Made by a program: the position numbers and the translations under genes. From Candidatus Altarchaeum sp. (GTDB lineage: Archaea > Altiarchaeota > Altiarchaeia > Altiarchaeales > Altiarchaeaceae), in the NCBI GenBank assembly GCA_018260615.1, contig JAGWDQ010000009.1:1-15018 (forward strand): a DNA stretch of 15,018 nucleotides, written 5' to 3'. The notes under the pieces are model-generated. The model ran no database searches. It was not told the DNA's origin and saw only the letters and a program-made list of their open reading frames with translations. The number at the start of each line of letters is the position of its first letter. The stretch's first letter is position 1. Shown here piece by piece: positions 9,066 through 14,608 of this stretch.

Positions 9066-9425
9066 ATGTACCAAACACCACCAGAAAAACTTAAAAAGAG
9101 AGGAAAGAGGAAATATGAAATTGCACGGGAGCCGGCAAATACATCAATCGGAGAGCACAAAATAAAGAAAATAAGAGTAAGGGGAGGAAATATAAAAAAT
9201 CGTTTATTGTCTGAAAAATATGCAAATGTCCTGATTGACAACAAGTATGAGAAGTGTGAAATTTTATCTGTTGTTAATAATCCTGCAAACAGGAACTTCG
9301 CAAGGGCAAATATAATAACAAAAGGAGCAATCCTGAAAGTCAGGAGGGATAATAAAGAAATAGAAGTTAAGGTTACTTCAAGGCCGGGACAGGACGGAAT
9401 TATAAATGCTGTTTTACCGGGTTAA
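9066..9425 (+). CDS. rps8e: 30S ribosomal protein S8e
   Basis: S8e motifs [44 protein letters not shown] and [16 protein letters not shown]. Confidence 0.96.
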   Translation: MYQTPPEKLKKRGKRKYEIAREPANTSIGEHKIKKIRVRGGNIKNRLLSEKYANVLIDNKYEKCEILSVVNNPANRNFARANIITKGAILKVRRDNKEIEVKVTSRPGQDGIINAVLPG

Positions 9426-9479
9426 ATTTTATGATTAAAGTCAAAAATTTTATTGATTAAATTTATTTATTATTATAAA

Positions 9480-10901
9480 ATGAGCAGGAGGTCAAAAGAG
9501 AACGAAAACGAGATTGTCATTAAAAAAAAGAAGAAAAAGGATAAAATTGACATATCTATACTTGTTTTCGAGTGGAATAATATTCCCGGGAAGGACGAGA
9601 AAGGTCTTAGAAATTATTTAAAGACAAATTTCTTTGTGGACTGGAGCGAAAAGGCAAAAATTGAAAAAAGTAAAGATAATAAAACCATTATTGCATCGCA
9701 TGATGGGCACAGCATAAAATTTCAGCTTGATGAGGTCGGACATCTGTTTAATTTAAAGGCACCTTACCGGAATTATATAAAAGAAGGGATAATAAGCGAG
9801 GAATTAAGAGACGGGTTTTATCAAAACAAGGTATTTCTTCCTGCAAGGGCGGAGGTTAAAAAAATAAAAGACAGCGAATGGAGAGTTATATGGAACAGAA
9901 CAGACGGAATGACTGATATTTATAAGATAAATGACCTGGGAGATAATACCTCCGAAAGTATAGAAATATATTGTGAGGGCAGAGTATTTGTAGAAAACGA
10001 TGATAAGGTAAAGGAAATTTTAATTATCCGGAAAAAAGCAGGCGAACTTTTAATATATGATAACCTGATTATCCTGGAAAATATTGTGGCTTCAATAACA
10101 ATTAATTTAGACGGAGTAAAGTCGGAATACATTAATAATAATAACCGGTTAGATATAGAAAATATCATAGAAAAGGACTATATGGAGATTTTTATGAAAG
10201 GAATACGGGAGAAAGATGTAGAAAAGATCATAAATTGGGAGGAGATTGTAAAAAAAGAGGAGGAGGAAAATAAGTATATAATCATGTTTAGGGAAAGAAT
10301 GAAGGAACTAATAAAAGAAATAAAAGAAGGAACGACAGATAAAGAAAAAATAGACGAAAGTACGGGTCTTTTCAGGAAAACAATAAGGAAAGTGATAGAA
10401 GAAGGAAATATAGAAAAAATTATAGCAAAGGATGCGCTGACATTTCTTTATAATAAATCAAGATTTCCCGGCATTGTGTTTCGTCTGAAGGATTTACAGC
10501 TGGCAATGTTATTGTTTGATTCAGGAAGTGTTATATGTACAGGTGCGGGAAGAGAAGAATTTGTTCAGAAAGCAAAGAATCGTTTAGTTGAAAAATTAAA
10601 GGAGTTTGATATAAATTTAAACTCTGAGCCGAGAATAGAACTGCAGAATATAGTTGCTTCAACAATGTTTTATCCGAAGATAAATTTGGATATGCTTGCG
10701 GACTATGACGAGAACACAGAGTATGAACCCGAGCAGTTTCCCGGACTTATTTATAAAATTGCCGAGCCAAAGACAGTGATGCTTGTTTTCAGGTCGGGAA
10801 GGATAGTTATTACCGGAGCAAAAAGTGTTGATTTTGCAATTGAGGCATCAAAAATGACCAAGAAGGCAATAATGGATGCAAAGGCGTTGATACATGAGTA
10901 A
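9480..10901 (+). CDS. tbp: TATA-box-binding protein family member with long N-terminal extension and large insertion in repeat 1 (~473 aa)
   Basis: Both TBP repeats are present: ENIVAS...YNKSRFPGIVFRL...AMLLFDSGSVICTGA and QNIVAS...EYEPEQFPGLIYKIAEPKTVMLVFRSGRIVITGAKS. The ORF track starts at TTG 9453; the first ATG (9480, MSRRSKE) is preferred. Confidence 0.9.
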   Translation: MSRRSKENENEIVIKKKKKKDKIDISILVFEWNNIPGKDEKGLRNYLKTNFFVDWSEKAKIEKSKDNKTIIASHDGHSIKFQLDEVGHLFNLKAPYRNYIKEGIISEELRDGFYQNKVFLPARAEVKKIKDSEWRVIWNRTDGMTDIYKINDLGDNTSESIEIYCEGRVFVENDDKVKEILIIRKKAGELLIYDNLIILENIVASITINLDGVKSEYINNNNRLDIENIIEKDYMEIFMKGIREKDVEKIINWEEIVKKEEEENKYIIMFRERMKELIKEIKEGTTDKEKIDESTGLFRKTIRKVIEEGNIEKIIAKDALTFLYNKSRFPGIVFRLKDLQLAMLLFDSGSVICTGAGREEFVQKAKNRLVEKLKEFDINLNSEPRIELQNIVASTMFYPKINLDMLADYDENTEYEPEQFPGLIYKIAEPKTVMLVFRSGRIVITGAKSVDFAIEASKMTKKAIMDAKALIHE

Positions 10902-10960
10902 TGATTTGATGAACAACCTCAAAAACTTATCAAAAATAAAGGGAGAATTAGTTTTTGGAC

Positions 10961-10981
10961 AACCTTTTTTACTAAAAGGTT
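10961..10981. other. Short palindrome/hairpin downstream of tbp (possible terminator or small intergenic repeat)
   Basis: AACCTTTT-TTACT-AAAAGGTT, an 8-bp stem, preceded by TTTTTGGAC. Confidence 0.4.
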
Positions 10982-11056
10982 AGTTATGAGAAACATGGAA
11001 ATTCCGGGAGAAGTTTGAAAATACGAGAATTTTATTGTATATCTATGGAATTGTAA

Positions 11057-11398
11057 CTTGACTTTGTCATATTTCAAAACATCATCTAAAAATTTAAAAT
11101 TTTTAAAGCCGAAAATTGCCGAAATACGAATTTAAAATTTTTATTTTTAAGCAATAAAAAAATCACACAGATTTTTTTAGATTGAAAACTCAAAGTTTTC
11201 AGTATAAAGCATTTAAAATTTTGGTAGTGATTAAGAAGTAAGGTTCTTACAAATAAATTCCCGGATAAATCACCTCGCTTACACTCGGAGATTTTTGAAA
11301 ATTACATGTTTTCAAAAATGTCTGTAATTTAAATGTAAATGTTAACATCCAACCTTACATGTTTATCACTACCAAAATTTTAATCTGACAAAGTCAAG
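11057..11398. mobile_element. Putative outer MITE (non-autonomous; 13-bp perfect TIRs, 4-bp GTAA flanking duplication)
   Basis: CTTGACTTTGTCA (11057-11069) and TGACAAAGTCAAG (11386-11398) are perfect reverse complements. GTAA lies immediately outside both ends (11053-11056, 11399-11402). No transposase is encoded. Confidence 0.5.
11223..11373. mobile_element. 151-bp MITE with IS1/IS1595-like GGTAGTG ends and 8-bp target-site duplication
   Basis: TIRs GGTAGTGATTAAGAAGTAAGGTT (11223-11245) and AACCTTACATGTTTATCACTACC (11351-11373) match at 20/23. AAAATTTT flanks both ends (11215-11222, 11374-11381). Internal 11-bp hairpin ATTTTTGAAAA/TTTTCAAAAAT at 11291-11319. Confidence 0.72.
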
Positions 11399-11463
11399 GT
11401 AAGACCTATCTTTAATTTATTCTGATTTTAAAATAAAATTTTGATAAATTTTTACTATTTAAA

Positions 11464-12477
11464 ATGAAATCAATCATCCAAAAACTTGTTGACAGACAAA
11501 ATTTAAGTGATGAGGAATCGGCTTTTGCAATGAATTTAATTATGAAAGGAGATGCAACACAGGCACAGCTCGCTGCCTTTTTGATAGGTATGCGAATGAA
11601 AGGCGAAACCGCAGGAGAAATTGCTGCACTGGCAAAAATTATGAGAAATTTTGCAGAAAAGATAAATGTGAATGGATTTGCAATTGACACCTGCGGAACG
11701 GGGGGCGATAAATTTAATACATTCAATATTTCTACCTGTGCCATGTTTGTTGTTGCAGGAGCGGGAATTAAAGTGGCTAAGCACGGAAACAGAGCAATCA
11801 CATCAAAATCCGGCTCTGCTGATGTTCTGGAAGCACTGGGAGTTAAGATTGACATGGAACCGAAAAGGACTGAGGACTGCATCAACAAAACAGGAATCGG
11901 GTTTATGTTTGCTCCGCTCTTTCATAAGTCAATGAAAAATGTAATGCCTGTAAGGAAGGAAATCGGAGTAAGAACTGTTTTTAATATGTTGGGCCCATTA
12001 ACAAATCCTGCAAATGCAAAGGGACAGGTTTTGGGTGTCTTTGATGAAAATTTAACTGAAAAATTTTGCGAGGTGTTAAAAATTTTGGGTTTGGAACGTG
12101 CCATAGTGGCTAGCAGCAACGGAATGGATGAAATTTCCCAGATTTTCAGGACAAAAATTTCCGAACTACGGGACGGAGAGATAAAGAACTATTACATTGA
12201 GCCGGACAGGTATTTTGAAAAAGCAACAGTTGGGGATATAAAGGGAGGGGATGCAACATTCAATGCTGACATAATAAGGCGGATTTTGAGCAATGCTCAA
12301 AGTAAGGAAATTTTGCATAAGCGGAATATCGTTCTTCTTAATGCTGCGGCAGGTATTATTGTCGGAAAAAAGGCGGAAAATTTTGACGATGCGATTGAGA
12401 TTGCAAAGGAATCACTCGTGAGTGGAAATGCGCTCAAGAAATTAGATGAGTTAATAAAATTTACCAACAGGGTATGA
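11464..12477 (+). CDS. trpD: Anthranilate phosphoribosyltransferase
   Basis: Canonical motifs DTCGTGGD-x-x-x-TFNIST, KHGNRAITSKSGSADVLEALG, RTVFNMLGPLTNPA and GMDEIS; 337 aa. Confidence 0.96.
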   Translation: MKSIIQKLVDRQNLSDEESAFAMNLIMKGDATQAQLAAFLIGMRMKGETAGEIAALAKIMRNFAEKINVNGFAIDTCGTGGDKFNTFNISTCAMFVVAGAGIKVAKHGNRAITSKSGSADVLEALGVKIDMEPKRTEDCINKTGIGFMFAPLFHKSMKNVMPVRKEIGVRTVFNMLGPLTNPANAKGQVLGVFDENLTEKFCEVLKILGLERAIVASSNGMDEISQIFRTKISELRDGEIKNYYIEPDRYFEKATVGDIKGGDATFNADIIRRILSNAQSKEILHKRNIVLLNAAAGIIVGKKAENFDDAIEIAKESLVSGNALKKLDELIKFTNRV

Positions 12478-12497
12478 ATTTGTATCAAAATTTTAAA

Positions 12498-12520
12498 ATA
12501 CACGAACGAAGTGAGTGTAT
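12498..12520. other. Hairpin with C-GAA-G triloop and tandem G.A mismatches just after trpD
   Basis: ATACAC-GA-AC-GAA-GT-GA-GTGTAT: 6 Watson-Crick pairs, tandem G.A/A.G, 2 more pairs, then a GAA loop. It can extend through AAATTTT/AAAATTT with a 3-nt bulge. Confidence 0.6.
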
Positions 12521-12553
12521 AAAATTTAATTTTTTCTGTTTTATTAAGGTAAA

Positions 12554-12588
12554 TTTACTGAAATAGTAAAACGCAAGACATCAGTAAA
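12554..12588. promoter_or_regulatory. Possible autoregulatory operator and TATA region of the TA operon
   Basis: Inverted repeat TTTACTGA (12554-12561) / TCAGTAAA (12581-12588) abuts the TATA-like ATATAAAT (12589-12596), about 40 nt upstream of the antitoxin ATG. Type II TA operons commonly autorepress at such sites. Confidence 0.35.
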
Positions 12589-12589
12589 A
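12568..12589 (+). repeat. Direct repeat upstream of the TA pair (copy 1)
   Basis: AAAACGCAAGACATCAGTAAAA vs AAAACGCAAAACATCATTAAAA at 13332-13353: 20/22 identical. Confidence 0.65.
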
Positions 12590-12632
12590 TATAAATGCTT
12601 GTAATATCAATATATAACTTAAAGCAGGAAAA

Positions 12633-12890
12633 ATGATCGAACAACAAATGAAAATAGGTCCAAAAGGGCAGGTAGTAATCCCAAAAGCATTTAGGAAATT
12701 TTTGGGCATATATCCCGGTTCTGATGTGGTTTTTGAACTTAAAAAAGAAGGCATTTTAATAGAAAAACAGGCCACAAATGTTGTTGAAATATTTGACAGA
12801 ATTGCAAGGAGCGGGAAGTTAAAAACGTTTGAACAAGATAAACAATATGAAGAAGAGATTGAACACAGGTGGAGGAAAGTTAAAAAATGA
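12633..12890 (+). CDS. vapB: AbrB/MazE/SpoVT-family antitoxin (VapB-type)
   Basis: N-terminal swapped-hairpin motif KIGPKGQVVIPKAFRKFLGIYPGSDVVF; 85 aa. ATGA overlap with the downstream PIN gene at 12887-12890. Confidence 0.9.
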   Translation: MIEQQMKIGPKGQVVIPKAFRKFLGIYPGSDVVFELKKEGILIEKQATNVVEIFDRIARSGKLKTFEQDKQYEEEIEHRWRKVKK

Positions 12891-13299
12891 TTTATATAGA
12901 TTCAAATGTGTTTATCTATGCCGCCCTTTATCCGGATGTTAAAGGTGATAATGCAAGAAAACTTATCAATAAAATTGAAAACGGAGAAGTAACCGGAGCT
13001 ACCTATTCACTGACATTTGATGAGGTTTTCTGGATTGTAAAAAAAGAACGCAATTTTGATATGGCTCTTGAAGCGGGAAAAGCACTTCTTTTAATGCGAA
13101 GTCAAAATTTCTAACTGTTGACAATAGTGTAATCTGGCAGGCGTATAATTTAATCAGCGAATATAAACTTGATCCAAGGGATGCCATTCATGCTGCATGT
13201 GCTCTTATTCATGGTGTTTATACAATAATATCAGAAGATGATGACTTTGATAGAATAAAAAAGTTTGAAAGAAAGGGTTTGGATGATTTGGACTTGTGA
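12887..13299 (+). pseudogene. vapC: PIN-domain toxin (VapC), split by a -1 frameshift near 13103-13111
   Basis: The first frame gives MIYIDSNVFIY...TFDEVFW... and stops at TAA 13112-13114. The -1 frame continues KFLTVDNSVIWQAYNLISEYKLDPRDAIHAACALIHGVYTIISEDDDFDRIKKFERKGLDDLDL* to TGA 13297-13299. Joined length is ~137 aa with the PIN acidic residues present. Confidence 0.85.
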
Positions 13300-13331
13300 C
13301 ATTGGCACGGATTGTTGTGGTCCGATTGTTC

Positions 13332-13353
13332 AAAACGCAAAACATCATTAAAA
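13332..13353 (+). repeat. Direct repeat downstream of the TA pair (copy 2)
   Basis: 20/22 identical to 12568-12589; lies 22 nt upstream of the thiI ATG. Confidence 0.65.
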
Positions 13354-13374
13354 ATATTTGATTTATAATTTATA

Positions 13375-14550
13375 ATGGACTCTGACAAATATATAATTAT
13401 TCATTACGCAGAAATAGCACTTAAAGGCAATAACAGGGGATTTTTTGAGGATGCTTTAAGGCATAATATTGAAAAGGCACTGAAAAGAGAAGGCATTAAA
13501 TTTCTTTTGAAAAAAATTTCAGGCAGGTTTGTTGTCCAATTAGACGAAGAAGAAAAGGACTATGAAAAAATTTCCGGAATTTTAAAGAATGTTATAGGGA
13601 TTGCACATTTTTCTTATGCGGTGAAAAGTCCCTGCGAAATTGAGTCCATAAAAGATGCGGCGATGTCTTTATTGAAAACCAAAAATTTTAACACATTCCG
13701 TCTTTCTGCTGTTCGTTCGGACAAAAAATTTCCGCTGACATCACAACAGCTCAATGAGGTAGTAGGGGAACACATCGTCAAAAATTCAGATAAAAAGGTA
13801 TCTCTGAAAAATTTTGATGTTGAAGTTGTTATTGAAATTACTGACAGGGATGCATTCTTATATGTGGAAAAGGAAGGTTGTATCGGGGGGCTGCCCGTCG
13901 GTGTTTCAGGAAAGGTTGTATCTTTGATTTCCGGCGGAATTGACTCTCCGGTTTCATCGTTTTATGCTATGAAGCGGGGATGTAATGTTGTTTTTGTCCA
14001 TTTTCATTCGTTTCCATATACAGGTATTGAATCCATAGAAAAAATCAAGAACATCGTTAAAATTTTGAATAAATTTCAGTTTAGGTCAAAAATTTATCTC
14101 GTTCCCTTTGCTGATTTACAGAGTGAAATTTTTGTGAATACAGCGGGAAATTTTGAGAAATTCAGGGTTGTGCTTTACAGAAGATTTATGCTTCGTCTTG
14201 CTGAAAAAATTTCGGAAATGGAGAAAGCACAGGCGCTCATTACAGGCGATGCCATCGGACAGGTTGCATCGCAGACGCTTGAAAATATAAAGACGATTAG
14301 CGGGGTATGCGGCATTCCTATATTGAGGCCACTGATTGGTTTTGATAAAGAAGAAATCATCAATAAAGCAAAGGAAATCGGAACTTATGAAATTTCGATA
14401 CTGCCGCATTGTGATACTTGCACGAGATTTATGCCAAAGCATCCGGCAACGAGGGCAAATGTTGAGACCGTAAAGGAGATCGAGGAAAATTTGGATGTTG
14501 ATAAATTAGTTGAGGATGCAATAAAGAGGGCGGAAATTCTGGAAATTTAA
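13375..14550 (+). CDS. thiI: tRNA 4-thiouridine synthase ThiI (THUMP + PP-loop, no rhodanese domain)
   Basis: IHYAEIALKGNNR N-terminus, THUMP region, GGLPVGVSGK, PP-loop SGGIDSPV, TGDAIGQVASQTL, RPLIGFDKEEII and a C-terminal HCDTC; 391 aa. Confidence 0.95.
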   Translation: MDSDKYIIIHYAEIALKGNNRGFFEDALRHNIEKALKREGIKFLLKKISGRFVVQLDEEEKDYEKISGILKNVIGIAHFSYAVKSPCEIESIKDAAMSLLKTKNFNTFRLSAVRSDKKFPLTSQQLNEVVGEHIVKNSDKKVSLKNFDVEVVIEITDRDAFLYVEKEGCIGGLPVGVSGKVVSLISGGIDSPVSSFYAMKRGCNVVFVHFHSFPYTGIESIEKIKNIVKILNKFQFRSKIYLVPFADLQSEIFVNTAGNFEKFRVVLYRRFMLRLAEKISEMEKAQALITGDAIGQVASQTLENIKTISGVCGIPILRPLIGFDKEEIINKAKEIGTYEISILPHCDTCTRFMPKHPATRANVETVKEIEENLDVDKLVEDAIKRAEILEI

Positions 14551-14608
14551 AATTTTGAAATTTAATACGGCAACTTCTTTTAAAATTTAATTCCGTCAAT
14601 AAAATACT

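Noticed and set aside
9453-9479. TTG start at 9453 for tbp
   Set aside because: It adds only a low-complexity AT-rich peptide (IKFIYYYK), so ATG 9480 is more plausible. Not proven.
10107-10430. TBP insertion as an intein or archaeal intron
   Set aside because: No N-terminal Cys/Ser block, no His-Asn followed by Cys/Ser/Thr at the end, and no LAGLIDADG motifs. The frame is open throughout and I saw no bulge-helix-bulge at the junctions.
10909-10983. Tiny ORF MNNLKNLSKIKGELVFGQPFLLKG after tbp
   Set aside because: It is 24 codons long, has no supporting features, and its 3' end is simply the palindrome sequence.
11087-11150. AAAATTT-type palindromes (also near 12488, 14545 and 14581)
   Set aside because: Pure A/T palindromes are expected by chance in this AT-rich intergenic DNA.
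9017-14442. Minus-strand and alternate-frame ORFs over rps8e, tbp, trpD, the TA pair and thiI (9017-9244, 9920-10168, 11412-11888, 11536-11784, 11672-11935, 11922-12119, 12297-12503, 12581-12775, 12999-13187, 14116-14442, 14175-14363)
   Set aside because: All overlap well-supported genes and have no family motifs.
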